Positions 23,552-36,669 are shown, numbered from the whole stretch's first letter. The stretch is 63,365 nucleotides of DNA, filler included, from Basidiobolus ranarum (GCA_040143965.1; 30 parts of 30 records of this genome joined end to end with filler, not necessarily neighbours in it), one strand, 5' to 3'. Program-made: numbers and translations. Notes: generated by a model from the letters alone, not told the origin.

Positions 23552-23975
23552 CTAGTAATATATTATAGTTAGAGATATATAGATACACGCATATCAATCA
23601 CTGTAATAATAATCATACTACAAATAATGCTATTTAATACAGCCTGTACATTATCCCAATAAAATCAATAATGTATCCATTTAAAACTTGGCCTAGAGAG
23701 AATTCAGAAGCATGAGTTTTATTCTTTAAAGGTAAAAGTGACATTTCGTAAGAGCCGAGTGGCTGGGATAAGGGGTGTCCAGTGGTTAGAATTTTAATAT
23801 TGTACAATTAAAGATGCGAGTAAAGACGATGACTAGAGTACACAATAAATTATACAATGAAGTGAGAATATATCCATTGCGATCATCAGATATACATAAA
23901 CCAAGGTAAGATATATGTGGTGGAACAGTAGCTATTTGCTTACTATTGTTGCTAAGTATGTAGTAGATAGAACGA

Positions 23976-24425
23976 TTATGAATGAGTTGAATAAGTAGGA
24001 ATAGTTACAACGGTGGCCGATATTTGCTCAACCACCTCTGCACTTATGGTTTCCGAAGGTAGTAATTCGGGGTCAGCATTGTAGGATGGTGGACTGGTTA
24101 GCCGTTGATCAGCATTGTAGGATGGTGGACTGATTGACTGTTGAACTGTAGGAACAGAATCAGTAGCAGTATAGTAATATGGTAGACTCATATGCGCTTG
24201 AAGTGTAGGATACACTCCGGATAGGTAAACGGGATTGGGAGCCGTAGGGGAGTAGTAAGATGGTGGAGACAGTCCTTCCGTTGCCGAATAGTGTTCTCGG
24301 TGACTTTGTCTGCCATTTCGTCTCGGTTCCTCCGCTGAAGAGAGTTCCTGATTCCCAAATAGTATACCACGTACTATCAACCCGAAAAAAACAACTAAGA
24401 ATATTATTAACAAGATGGGATACAT
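23976..24425 (-). CDS. Small single-pass membrane protein with multiple PPSY motifs (putative Rsp5/Nedd4 adaptor)
   Basis: N-terminal hydrophobic helix, PPSY x3 and LPYY. A 36-bp internal duplication lies at 24073/24109. The true start may be in an upstream exon. Confidence 0.75.
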   Translation of the reverse strand: MYPILLIIFLVVFFGLIVRGILFGNQELSSAEEPRRNGRQSHREHYSATEGLSPPSYYSPTAPNPVYLSGVYPTLQAHMSLPYYYTATDSVPTVQQSISPPSYNADQRLTSPPSYNADPELLPSETISAEVVEQISATVVTIPTYSTHS

Positions 24426-25448
24426 TGCAACAAAGACTGTAGCTATCAGTAAGATAAAGAATTAAATCAACGAAGGATGTTGTATGTTCACTTGACATCG
24501 GCGAATATTTATAGTGGTATCCTACCGCCACTTTAACCTTTACGGATCGTATGACAGTCTAAACATCAGTCTTGTGTATTTTGATGAGATTTCGAATTTG
24601 ACTTCAAGAACTATATATATGTGTGTGTGATAACATTTGCGGTACACTCTTTTCTCTGTCTTCTGAGGGTAGAACAAATCTACCTTATTAGGCCACACGT
24701 GCATTCTGAAATACAAGAACGATCGAACAACCACAAAAATGGGAAACCACCTGAATATGACGTATATATCCTGTCTGCAAATAGTGCACATATGTATATG
24801 GGTAACTTTATTCTATCTCCAATATAAAGATATACTTACTAAATAGTATCCGAAGCAGATGTATACTCAGTTTCCATAAAAGTGGTTAGTATATGGGTTA
24901 TTTAAACCACTTCTTAGCATTGAAATCTTCAGGATTAGTAACATAGTTGATTAGGCTGAAGTGTGACTATTAGCAGAAGAATCATTGATGACGTACTTTT
25001 GTTTAGCACACGGAAAAACCACGCTATAATTAGGCAGTACGGGATTAAATGATCAAGTGATTTTGTCATATAGAACAATTTAAAGCTAAATGTCTGACTA
25101 TAAATAAGCCAACTAATCTCCGATTCATCCAACCTCTACTTCTAAATTATATCAATGAGCTACGCTTCAGACATTAAATTCCCATTTGTTATTGGAATAG
25201 TTGTTGGACTACTTGTAGTGTTGGGTATGTTTGTAGGATTCAACTTCAACCACCACCCTAAGACAATATCGTTTGTTGTGAAGAATGAGAAGAAGGAGAG
25301 AGCTTAATATTCTCACCACTTCTCCACATACTCACTTCAGGCAATATCNNNNNNNNNNNNNNNNNNNNNNNNNNNNNNNNNNNNNNNNNNNNTTAATTAA
25401 TTAANNNNNNNNNNNNNNNNNNNNNNNNNNNNNNNNNNNNNNNNNNNN

Positions 25449-25885
25449 TTTGAAGAATTAAGATTTATGTTAGGATTAAGATATATGAATATTTAGTTGA
25501 GTGGGAGTGTTGCAGTTTATTGTCTTTATCATATTTGTTATCTCTATCTTTATACACCTGACTATTTCATATATCACATATAAGTTAGTTAACATTACCT
25601 AGTCAAATATCACTCAACTGAAAATTGGAACATATATTATATATATATGTGAATAATGTGAGAATTATCAATTCCATATTGGAAAATTTGAACTCATCAA
25701 AATTGCCCCAAAGATAGCTCATTTTACTCCCACCAATGTTCTGAACACAACCCCAGTGTTAGCTATCTGTATTTCCATTATAATGTATAAATGCTTAATT
25801 TCTGGACAATAAATAATTATCCCACAAAGCTATTCACAACTCCACTTTTCTAAAGTTACTCCAAACAGCCCATATTTTCCCAATA
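25449..25885 (+). mobile_element. Copia pol end, PPT and 3' LTR family B (25508-25885)
   Basis: FEELRFMLGLRYMNI*, PPT AGTTGAGTGGGAG, LTR TGTTGCAG...CCCAATA. Other copies at 9310, 12429 and 52714. Confidence 0.88.
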
Positions 25886-27324
25886 TGACAAGCATTGGTC
25901 AGGAGTGCACCTTCCTCACAGATTGCAAGATGTATGCTGCAAAAAGGCAGACTTTTACAGGTAAGAAGTGCTTCAAGATTACCATACTTGATTTCTTGGT
26001 CAATGCTGGCACATATATCTCCATCTGCACATATGGCTGGCCTGGCTTCTATGTGAGAGATGGCAATACCCATGTACATTGTTGCATTGATATGGCCTTT
26101 AGTGACACAATCACCATGTATATTGGTATGTATTTGCCCATAAATTGCAGGCTTGGTTTCAATACAAGACATGGAGATAGTTTGAGATGGCAATAGCAGT
26201 TCTATGTTCCAAGATCAAAGACTGTGGACTTGGCCAATAGCAGTATTTCCATGTGCACATACCACTGGTCAAATGGTAATGTACAACACTAGAATATTTG
26301 ATAATTTGGCAATTGCATTGCAGAATTGGATAGATGGGAGCTACAGTAATACTGACTTTTATCTATGGTTATAGTTGACAAAGATAATTGGTAGGCTAGA
26401 TATTGATAAATTGACAGTTTACATGCTGTAAGATGGAAGGTTGTTATATTTGGGGAAGGTAATTTTATGAACATGCAAACTTTAGAAACACTACTCTGCT
26501 CAATTTAAAGAGACTGCTTTGCTGTCATTTCATTGCAAATTTGGTCTGTATTACCTCATAGTTTATGTCAACAATGTGCATTTGCATGCTCATCACTACC
26601 CTTTGATGTTTGACACTGATTTTGCATTTGATTATAATAAATTAGTTATAAATAGATTCACCAGAATCAACTATTTACCTATCAGGCTGTCAACCACATA
26701 AGACTTACTACATATTCAGTAAATTTCACACAGTGAAGCAAACATGTGAAGATGTTTTATATCATCAGGTTTTGTTTATATTGGTACTACTATCAACAAA
26801 AATACCCACTTATCCTAGCTCTCACCCTAGCCAAATATTAACCTGCTACACAAGAATTTACCCATTAGAGAGTGTGATATAAAAACCAGTTCTCTTGTTC
26901 TATGTATTTAGTAGTATTTCACTTTGTATTTCTGAGTGCTACTTTAATAAAATTAATTGATTGAAACTGTCAGTTAAACACACAATGACAAGTTGGTGGG
27001 AACTGTTGAAACATTGAAACAATCAATCCAGTTAAATAAACATCTCCACAATATGTATATTTGTGTGCATGTACACAAATAGTTGTAAAACTCCCTCTGC
27101 ACATGCAAGTCTCTGGTCTGAAGCAGATTTTCCACTGGCAACTCTGACTTCAAGGGTTTACATTTTAGTATTTAAATATACTATTTGGATCTTTCTTCAA
27201 AGTGTGTTTCTTCTTTCCCTCAAAGTGCTTTTTTGCTATTGGTCTCAAGCTAACATGTATCTTTGATAATATTTACCAACCATGTTAAACCAGCATTTTA
27301 AGATATATATATATATACATATGA

Positions 27325-27464
27325 AATTGACTGGAGATTAATTATGCAGATGCAGACTGGGCTAACAATACAGAAGACCATAAATCCAGAACTGGATATG
27401 TGTTTAAGCTAGCAGATGGGCCAATAAGCTGGATTAGTAAGAAACAACAAACTGTCACATTATC
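27325..27464 (+). mobile_element. Copia RNase H fragment
   Basis: YADADWANNTEDHKSRTGYVFKLADGPISWISKKQQTVTLS. Confidence 0.9.
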
Positions 27465-27564
27465 NNNNNNNNNNNNNNNNNNNNNNNNNNNNNNNNNNNN
27501 NNNNNNNNTTAATTAATTAANNNNNNNNNNNNNNNNNNNNNNNNNNNNNNNNNNNNNNNNNNNN

Positions 27565-27645
27565 TTAGAGCACCTGGCTAGAGTGAAGGAGGTCCCAGGT
27601 TCAAATCCTGGCCAGACCAATATTTCTCTCTAAATAATTTCAACA
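27565..27645 (+). mobile_element. tRNA-like sequence (to 27619) plus a 26-bp LTR-type end (...TTCAACA)
   Basis: TTAGAGCA-CCTGG-CTAGAGT-GAAGG-AGGTC-CCAGG-TTCAAAT-CCTGG-CCAGACCA, giving a T-arm hairpin with a B box. A second copy is at 63275-63365. Confidence 0.8.
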
Positions 27646-29239
27646 GTATATTGATTCTGGAGCCTCCCAAAACTTCACAAATGAAAAACATTAGTTTGTG
27701 GATTATGAAGAAATCCCAATTAGCAAGGCTTTCATGGGAGATGACCATACATTGGATGCTATTGGAATGGGAACAATTCAAGTCCATTTAACTTCAGCTT
27801 CTGAAGAGAAAGTATATACTTCTCAGGATGTACTACATGTTCCAGATATTGCCAAGATTTAATATCTGTAAGCAAGGCCATCTCAGAAGGGCTAAAATTT
27901 AATTTTGATAAGTCAGGATGCACCATCACTGATGAAAATGAGAATTATTTAGCTTTGGGACAAAAGTATCAGAGCTTATAAAACTTGCAAATAGTCCAAG
28001 AGGTTTATGTGTGAATAAAAGTTATTCCAATCAAGAAACTACTCAATTATGGCATAAGAGATTGGGCCACATTGGATTTGATTATTTGAGCAAAATGAAC
28101 AAAAATTGCCTAATTTCTGGAATTCAAATTAACCCCCAAACATATTGGAAATTTGTGAGGGTTGTATATATGGAAAACAAGCCAGGCAACTGTTCAAGAG
28201 CTCAGGTTTAACAAAACCTTTCAAAAAATCGGTTTTAATTCATTCAGATTTGTGTGGACCTATGCAAAATTTATCCTTATGCAGAAAAAGATATTTAATC
28301 AGGTTTGTTGATGATTATACAGGATACACTTGAGTCTACTTTACGGAAAGAAAAGAAGAAGCTCTCTCTATCTTTAGAGATTTTAACACACTTGTAGAGA
28401 CTGAAACTGGAACTAAAATAAAGAAAATAAATACTGATAATGGTGGAGAATATACTTCAACACTATTTAAGCACTTTTGCAAAGTTCATGGAATTAAACA
28501 AGAAGCTATTGCCCCTTATTCACCTCAACAAAATGGGGTTGCCAAAAGAGCTAACAGGACTATAATAGAAATGGCAAGATCCATGATAAATGCACAAAAT
28601 TTATCTCATAACTTTTGGGTAGAATCTGTTGCTACAGCTGTATATCTGAAGAATAGAAGTTTTACTAGAAGTCTGCCTAACTCTACAACATAGCAAGCTA
28701 TATATATATATGATGCTTTTTTGGAAACACTCAAATTCCAAAAGAGTAATGCTAACTATAGTATCTACTTCAGGCCAGATAAGACAAACCTAGTTTTATT
28801 AGCCTTATATGTAGATGATCTTATTATAGCAACCAATGACTTGAAGACTTTGGAAAAAACCAAATCCAGATTATCTGCCATATTCAAAATGACTGATATT
28901 GATGAACTAATGTACTATCTTGGAATCAAGATTAAGATAGATAAAACTACCAAAACAATAACTTTTAACCGGTCTAAGTGTATACTAGATATACTAAAGA
29001 AGTTTAAAATGGAAGAATGTAATCCAGTATCTACCCAAATGGAGACAAATATTAACTTGACCAAAAATGGCTCAAATCAGACATTTTTGGATTCAGATGA
29101 AAGCCCAAAATTTCCTTATCAATCCACGGTTAGAACATGGGCAGATATTGCATATTCTGTGGGAGTTAGGTGCCAATATCTTTAAATTAAGGATCTGTTC
29201 AAAGCTTAGCAGTCAAGAGGATTTTCAGATACTTGAAAG
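27646..29239 (+). mobile_element. Ty1/copia protease-integrase-RT remnant with internal deletions
   Basis: YIDSGAS, LWHKRLGH, CEGC, IHSDLCGP, TDNGGEY, PQQNGVAKR, LYVDDLII. Confidence 0.95.
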
Positions 29240-29579
29240 CTCTAACAGAAATTTGAGGATTGTTATTATAGGAAAACCATCTCAATTTTAATCCATTTGG
29301 GATTGACTATTTACTTACTGTCACAAAACTGTCCAGTTTGATTTGATTTTAATCAATTTTTTCAGTTTCAGGAGTGAAATTTCAAGATCTAGCAAAATAG
29401 TTGCACATGATTGGCTACAATCTCAGAGAACTACGGATCAACACATGCAAAAAATGTAACTGAAATTTTACACAATTACCACTTGAATGCTAATTTGTCA
29501 CCTTTGAAATCCTTAGACTCTTTGATATATTCTACTGAATATTTTTTATAAAGTTCTTCATCCCCAAGGATTAGCTCAT
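29240..29579 (-). mobile_element. DNA transposon left end inserted in copia pol
   Basis: CTCTAACAGAAATTTGAGG (one change from the TIR), directly after copia IFRYLK. Confidence 0.85.
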
Positions 29580-29679
29580 NNNNNNNNNNNNNNNNNNNNN
29601 NNNNNNNNNNNNNNNNNNNNNNNTTAATTAATTAANNNNNNNNNNNNNNNNNNNNNNNNNNNNNNNNNNNNNNNNNNNN

Positions 29680-30420
29680 TTTGAACTAATTTGTTTGTGT
29701 GATAATCTGATGGTATTTCTAGGAAAGCTGCAAGACAGACTTCTTGGTGAGATAGATCAAGATATGCAGTATTATTGTTTTAGCCATGAGGTAATCTATT
29801 CAAGCAATGACATAACTACTTGTGGCACAAGATTTATTGACTACAAGTCAAGGATATTTTGGCTGAATTCTCTATGGAAATTTGCCAAAATCCAAGAGCT
29901 TATTCTCATTGTGAACAGTAACAAGAGTCAGCTATTTGCCAAGTGTCAGTGATATTCAAAATTTGAGATGTTTACCAACTTTTCCACCATTAGTTTGCTG
30001 GTAATGCATATTGATGTTGTTGAGTAATGTCTGATTGGTCAAGTATGTGCATATGTAGGGACTAAACATAACAGGATTCTTGTATTTTTTGATTCTCATT
30101 ATGGCTGGAATAAAAAGCCTAAAATATCTCAATAAAGGCATGCATATTTAATTGAATTCCTGCAGCAGTAAACCCAGTAATTTGCCATTTGAAAATTATA
30201 TTTTTGCAAAAATTGCCAGAAATTAATAATGCATGCCAAATATGCGGATCAATATTTTAACATGTATGAATACCATCAAAATACCATCAAGAAACCACCA
30301 TCACACCCTCAAAATCTCTGGCAGAATGCAAGCCACTAATATTGTGATAGTTCTGTGATGGTTTTGCAATCCAGAAGGGTGGATCCAATCCAGATCAAAT
30401 CAATTTTATTTTTGTTAGGG
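29680..30420 (+). mobile_element. DNA transposon transposase 3' end and right TIR (ATTTTTGTTAGGG)
   Basis: Homology with 51391-52325 ends exactly at the GGG at 30420. Confidence 0.88.
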
Positions 30421-30717
30421 ACTTGGTTATCTCATAATTCACTAAGATATTATCCATTATTCCCAATTGGATTTTACATGGAATACTTTTACCAATTTGG
30501 AAGTTCTTAGATATATAGATTTTTCAAACTTGTGCTAGAAACTCCAAACTTTGCACACATGTTTCTGGGAGCTTTCTTAACAAATTCTACATGTTATTTT
30601 GCTTACAACTTGACAAAAGTATAAATGTTAACTTTCCACTTAATAATCAATCAGTGAAAACCACCAATTCCTCTAATTCTCCAAATCACTTCTAACAGGC
30701 TCCCAAATACTTTAACA
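30421..30717 (+). repeat. LTR family A lacking its first ~50 bp (interrupted by the DNA transposon)
   Basis: Matches 20049-20396 and ends CCCAAATACTTTAACA. Confidence 0.88.
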
Positions 30718-31529
30718 GTACTTGTTTGTAAAACTTTTTGCTTCTTCATTTTGTCTTAATATGGACCACACATTTATATCCATTTATACTTGCAAGTGTT
30801 GATGCTTTCAAACTTTAGCTCAAGCTCTTAGAGGCCTCTTGGTCCTTGATCCTAAAGCCTACCTATACAGGGAACTCAGTAAACTTTTTAGTTGAAATGA
30901 ATGTGGTATATACAATTTATGATTTTCATACCACAAATCAATAATTGGATTATAATCTAAGACTTGGCGAATGTGCAAGCAGTGATTGTAGTACAAACTT
31001 GGATGGCTTTGAAGTATCAAGTTTGATTGCCAACTGTTAGTGAAGATTATATAACATGAATAAATATTCCAATTTAGTACTTAGTATGTTTATAGTTCAA
31101 GTCATAGATTTACAACAAAGAACTGCAATGGAAATCTTTGATATATCAATATGGAAAGAGAAATGATATCTTAATTGAGTTTTCCCTTTGCCATTGTGAA
31201 TAATTGTCACTTTCAATGCTATGGTCGAAATGAAAGAGTCATGACTATTGAAGTAGTCAAAATTTCTCACATCCAAGTTCTTATTGCGAGAATCATCAAT
31301 GAGACCCATTCCCGTTCAGTAATTTTAGATGCGCAAAGACGTATAAGAGTCAAGAAGTATAGTTTTGGAATGTTACTCTGATCCACGCTATAAGATAGGG
31401 GTTTCTATAAGTTGTCGGTCCATGAGATTTGCCCCAGTTATATGAACTAGCTAAGCGCACAATGAGGTCAGGATCTGAATATTTATTAGAATGAAACTTC
31501 GAAGATTTTATTGCTATGAGACCAGACCT

Positions 31530-31694
31530 TCACTCAGTGCTTGGTGAATCATCATCAAAGCATGTGATTAAACCAGGCCAGAGCTGTTCAGGCTTATAGT
31601 AACGAATAGGTTTATGTTTTCCCAGCAGGTTGACGGCGTCAAAATCCTCCTGGGGTAGGGCAAATAATTCGAAATTCGACTTGATACGATCTAC
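31530..31694 (-). CDS. Aldo-keto reductase C-terminus (probable)
   Basis: Manual translation VDRIKSNFELFALPQEDFDAVNLLGKHKPIRYYKPEQLWPGLITCFDDDSPSTE*. RIxxNF..F.L..ED is typical of the AKR C-terminus. Confidence 0.75.
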   Translation of the reverse strand, partial: VDRIKSNFELFALPQEDFDAVNLLGKHKPIRYYKPEQLWPGLITCFDDDSPSTE

Positions 31695-33738
31695 NNNNNN
31701 NNNNNNNNNNNNNNNNNNNNNNNNNNNNNNNNNNNNNNTTAATTAATTAANNNNNNNNNNNNNNNNNNNNNNNNNNNNNNNNNNNNNNNNNNNNGTATAA
31801 AGCACATCAATGCCAAAGGACTGGGAATAGTTGAGGTTAGTATTCATTTGATATGCACATGACCCTAAGTACACATTAAGCAATAATATCTTGGACAATG
31901 TAATGCAAATACTTAATATTATCTAGGGTCGGGGCGAACATTAGTACTCATAACTGATTTTTTTGTATCTCTACCTTCACTCCACGATTCGACTTGATAG
32001 TTGTCATATAGCCTAATCGAAGTTTAAACAACATTTTTTGATATTTCGAAAGTGATTCCACCACTTTTTGTGATGTGGAATATATCCGTATTCAGCACTA
32101 TCTGGTAAGCAGTTTTGAGCTCACATTTCATGAAATTACACTTTTGCTAGTAACAGTTTATGGCTGTTTCCATTATTACTGTTCATGTCAAGGATAAAAT
32201 TGACATTTTCAAATATGCGCTCGTGATGATAAAGCTAACAACATATTCTAAAATAAACTCTCATGTAGCTTGCTAATATCCATTTCAGGTAGCTGGGTGC
32301 TCTCTGTAGCTTTTTGAAGTTTGGGAAGATTATTGAAGCATTTGGCTTGTGATATAAGAAGTATTGGGTATTTGTTACTATTTTGATATATTGCCAAATG
32401 TCACACCGCAAACACTTTAACACGTACAATATATCCTTAAGTTGAAAGATATTGTTCAGTATATCTATGCATGCAATAGTTCGGTATAGAGGTTGCATTG
32501 AGCTCTGATGTGCAAGTTCAAAAGTGTAGATCACTTTAACACATGATTTAGAAATATATCCAACAATCAATAATTTTAGTGTAAAAATATGTCTAGCTCA
32601 AAACGGATTCACCAACTGTGGTGAATACAAATGTAGGTAGCATCACCAAGAGGAATGGAAGCACCTTCATAATATCACAGACTAGTATCTGGGATACAAT
32701 TATGATTATGAGGGCTGGCGTATATTGCCATCAAGTTGTTTCTTAACACTGGCCAACTAAAATCTATAGCAACTTGTGTTTATAGCTGATGTATCTCCCA
32801 AAAGCATTAAATATAGCCTCAAAACATATTGTCAAAGCTGCTCTGCAGATATATTAATGTGAAGATTGAAGAATACATACACAAGATTTCTCTTTGTGTT
32901 AAGTATTACACTTGCATCTAGTAAATAGCACTGCTCTCTTTTAATACTAGTAGCGAATGGACTACTTGTTCAGTGTAATTTAAATGTGGTATCTAAAATG
33001 CTAGAGGTAACCAGCTATCAGATAAGATGGAAGTGTTCTCATCCCAATATGCTTGTGCACTGGGTATATAAAGACCAACTTTTTGACTTCGCAGTAATGG
33101 ATGCTAGTACTTAGAATCTGACACAAGATACTTCGAGAACAGTAGGGGAAGGCCTTGATTGTGATTTTCATATCCTCTCCACCAAACTGCAGTGTTACTG
33201 TCAATTTGAGGTGTTCAACAAGGTAATGCAAATGAACAATTATAATCATAATATATCCCACTTTTGAGATCTCGATTAACGATTTAGAGTCGCAATTACG
33301 TTGCTAAGGTGAATTATAACCATATAACCCTAATCCTTAGCACTTTTTTCTGAATCCTGTTCGACTTTGAGAAATGGCAATTAGTTTTGGAGATAAAAGG
33401 TCAGACATAAGCCGCATCTTTGAGCCAATCATCACGTAGACTCTCTTTATATTCCAGACTATTGTACTGTGATAAACCAATTATAGAATTAGATAAAATA
33501 TGAGGGTAAACATTATCAGAATGCGTAGAGATATTTAAGGTTAGTTTGGATTTGTCAGCAAATATGGCGTTAGCTGTATTCCATAACATTCTATAGGAAA
33601 AGTAAGGAGGTTTGAACAGCTGAACCAGGTGGAGAATGAACGTAGAAGTTTCCTAAATATTTGTCATCCGACAGAGTATAAATAAGGTTAGTGAAGTTTA
33701 GTTGTCACCATAACTCTACTAAATAATCAATATTTACT

Positions 33739-33809
33739 ATGTCCCCAACTCTTCCTCGCAAAGCTCTCCTTGCCATCACCAGTTACAATGGTGCATTCTA
33801 TGCCGATGG
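33739..33809 (+). CDS. DJ-1/PfpI family glyoxalase III (Hsp31-like), N-terminus
   Basis: MSPTLPRKALLAITSYNGAFYADG resembles Hsp31 KKVLLALTSYNDVFYSDG. TATAAATA at 33677. Confidence 0.82.
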
Positions 33810-33944
33810 NNNNNNNNNNNNNNNNNNNNNNNNNNNNNNNNNNNNNNNNNNNNTTAATTAATTAANNNNNNNNNNNNNNNNNNNNNNNNNNNNNNNNNNN
33901 NNNNNNNNNTATGATAAAGATAATCAACTTCAACAATTTCACCA

Positions 33945-34767
33945 TGGAACCTGGTACACCAGTTGGAAGAGTGCTAAATACGGAAGTTTATCCAACACCT
34001 GGCACCTCCCAACAAGCCAAAACACCAGCAAATAAAACTCACTGCTCTCCAACCTCAACGGGAACTTTTCAAAGTGTTGAAATTGGTGCCAAACTTAAAG
34101 GCAAGGAAAAAGCTGCACAAACACCACAAAGCACCCTCAGTAGTGTCACACCACAAGGATGTACAAAAATAGTCAAAGTGCTTTAGGAGTATTTTCAAAA
34201 GTATGAAGGGAAAAATGCAGTGCAAGTATGCAGAAAGTTGCTTCAGAAGAAGATCATTCAACTTGACATTCAGTTCAGTGTTGACTATGCAGATATCTGG
34301 GAAGAACTTAATACAGAGTGGCACAATACTGCAGGGTATCTACCATATAGCTGGAAGAATATTGACTCAGCAACATTAATACAATGATGGGCTTTGATGG
34401 AGATAGTGATACAAACTCATGTTGGGTATGAGCTAAACCTTGCGTATGAAGAACTGTATAAGAATATTCAGGAGATTATATCAAAGAGACTAGGGATTTC
34501 AAAGATTTACAAATTAGCATTCAGGTGGTAATTATGTAAAATCTGGGTTACATTCTTTGCACATGTGTTGATCCATAGTTCTCTGAGATTGTGGCCAATC
34601 ATGCCCAACTATTTTGCAAGATCTTGAAATTTCACTCCTGAAATTGAAAAAATGATTAAATCAAATCTAACTTGATGATTTTATGATGGTAAGTTAATGG
34701 TCAATCCCAAATGGATTAAAATTGTGATGGTATTCCTACAATAACAATCCTCAAATTTCAGTAAGGG
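33945..34767 (+). mobile_element. DNA transposon ORF2 C-terminal half and left TIR
   Basis: EPGTPVGRVLNTEVYPTPGTSQQAKTP overlaps the 55034-55386 and 6580-6720 copies. Ends AATTTCAGTAAGGG at 34767. Confidence 0.85.
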
Positions 34768-35924
34768 TATTGTAATCAGGGCTATTTCAGATCCAATTTG
34801 ATCTCCTGGTGTGGGATAGAGGTACTACAACTTCTGGCATTGTATGGGGGACTTCAGTAGGCAAAATTTTGGTGAAGGGTCCACAGGAATACTATTTTCA
34901 TTGTTGGTTTTGTGTGAATCAATTTGAATTGTTGAATCAGGATAAAATTGATTATCAACATCATCTGAGGTCATTTTTAGTGAAAGTGTTTCATTTTCAT
35001 TGAACAAAGAATCCCTGGACTTGATTAACTTGGAAAATTTGGTATCATAGATCCTGTGGGCTTTGGTTTTGGTACAATAACCCCAAAAGATGCATTTCTT
35101 ACTTTTTGGATCAAATTTAGACCAATTTTTGGTCATAATTTTGACATGAGCAATGTATCCAAAGATCCTCAAGTGTTTTACATTAGGCTTAACTCCAAAC
35201 CAAGCTTGATATGGTGTAGAGTTAGACAGATGTCTAGTAAAACTCCTATTCTTCAGATATACAGCTGTAGCAACAGAGTCCACCCAAAAGGTATGAGATA
35301 AATTTTGTGCATTTATCATTGATCTTGCCTTTTCTATTATTGTCCTGTTGGCGCTTTCAGCACCTCCATTTTGTTGAGGTGAATAGGGGCCAGTAGTTTC
35401 TTTGGTAATTACATGAACTTTTGAAAAGTTCCTAAATAGTGTTTAAGTATATTCTCCACCATTATTAGTATGTATTTTCTCAATTTTAGTTCCAGTTTCA
35501 GTCTCCACAAGTGTTTTAAAATCTCTAAAGATAGAGAGAGCTTCTTCTTTTCTTTCTATAAAGTTGACCCAAATGTGTCTTGTATAATCATCAACAAATG
35601 TGATTAAATATCTTTTTCCACCTAAAGATAAACTTTGCATAGTTCTACACAAATCTGATTGAGTTAGATGAAATTTTTTGACAGATTTGATTAAACCAGA
35701 GCTCTTAAATGGTTGACTGGCTTGTTTTTCATATATACAGCCCTCACAAATTTCCACTTTGGGTGGGGGTTAATTTAAATTGCAGAAATTTGGCAATTTT
35801 TGATCACCTTGCTGAAATAATCAAATCTAATATGATCAAATCTCTTATGCCAAAATTGAATAGTTTCTTGATTGGAATAACTTACATTTACACATAAACC
35901 TCTTGGATTATATGTAAGTTTGTA
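34768..35924 (-). mobile_element. Ty1/copia integrase remnant
   Basis: ICEGC, TFVDDYTR, NNGGEY, FWVDSVATAVYLKNR, SKFDPKSKKCIF. Confidence 0.95.
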
Positions 35925-36024
35925 NNNNNNNNNNNNNNNNNNNNNNNNNNNNNNNNNNNNNNNNNNNNTTAATTAATTAANNNNNNNNNNNNNNNNNNNN
36001 NNNNNNNNNNNNNNNNNNNNNNNN

Positions 36025-36669
36025 CACCTGAAAAGTATAAATAGGAGCCATATCTTTTCAAATAAAAATCATCCCGGTTTTCAACTAACAATTACTACTT
36101 ATGATCACCCCTTATTTTCATCACCACTTACAAGACCTTTGAAGAGGAAGCTCAAGAGAGACTATCAGAGGCAGTTACAGCCTACTGTGTGACTAGAAAG
36201 AACTAGGCCAGCTCAAAGGAAGTACTGACAGGTAGGTGTTATATTTCTGATACTTTATATTTTTTCCCTAGCTTTGTCTGCATTGGCAAGGGAATTGTTC
36301 ATATCCTTGGATAAATCACTACTAGTGCATCCTCATTCAAGACCCTGCTGGCTGAGTTTACAGTTGCTTTTGATTGGATATACCCTTTTTATCTGATCAT
36401 TCTCAAAGGACACTGAAGCCAGTATATTTTTTTGTCAGGTGCCAGCATATTATTCAACAGAAAGCTGGACATTGCATTGTGGTTTATCAGTCCTTAGACA
36501 TTTCGAGAGGCTTGATTCCCTTTCATAAAGACCCAAGAGGCAAGAGACAGACCCATATTACAGTACATCCTAGAGTTATTCAACCGTGGTTATTGCACCC
36601 TTTGGACACCGCACAAAATCCTTAGGATATTGCAGTTATAGTTGCTGCTTACACCCTAAAACAACTACA
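36025..36669 (+). repeat. Probable long LTR, family D, 3' part (ends ACTACA)
   Basis: 36030-36173 matches 60383-60526, including TATAAATA. The end ACTACA is the inverted repeat of the (T)GTAGT start at 59958. Abuts a copia integrase. Confidence 0.65.

Noticed and set aside
25890-26290. ORFs 25834-26193 / 25885-26196 with faint internal repetition
   Set aside because: No recognisable motif, they overlap the LTR-B end, and they are CpG-free. Probably decayed repeat DNA.
27565-27619. Functional tRNA-Ser(AGA) gene
   Set aside because: Mismatched anticodon stem, no long variable arm, decayed B box, and a shared mobile 3' flank in two copies. Treated as element-borne tRNA-like sequence.
31795-33650. 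Several 60-110 aa ORFs upstream of the Hsp31-like gene
   Set aside because: Non-protein-like composition and no motifs. Consistent with intergenic DNA.
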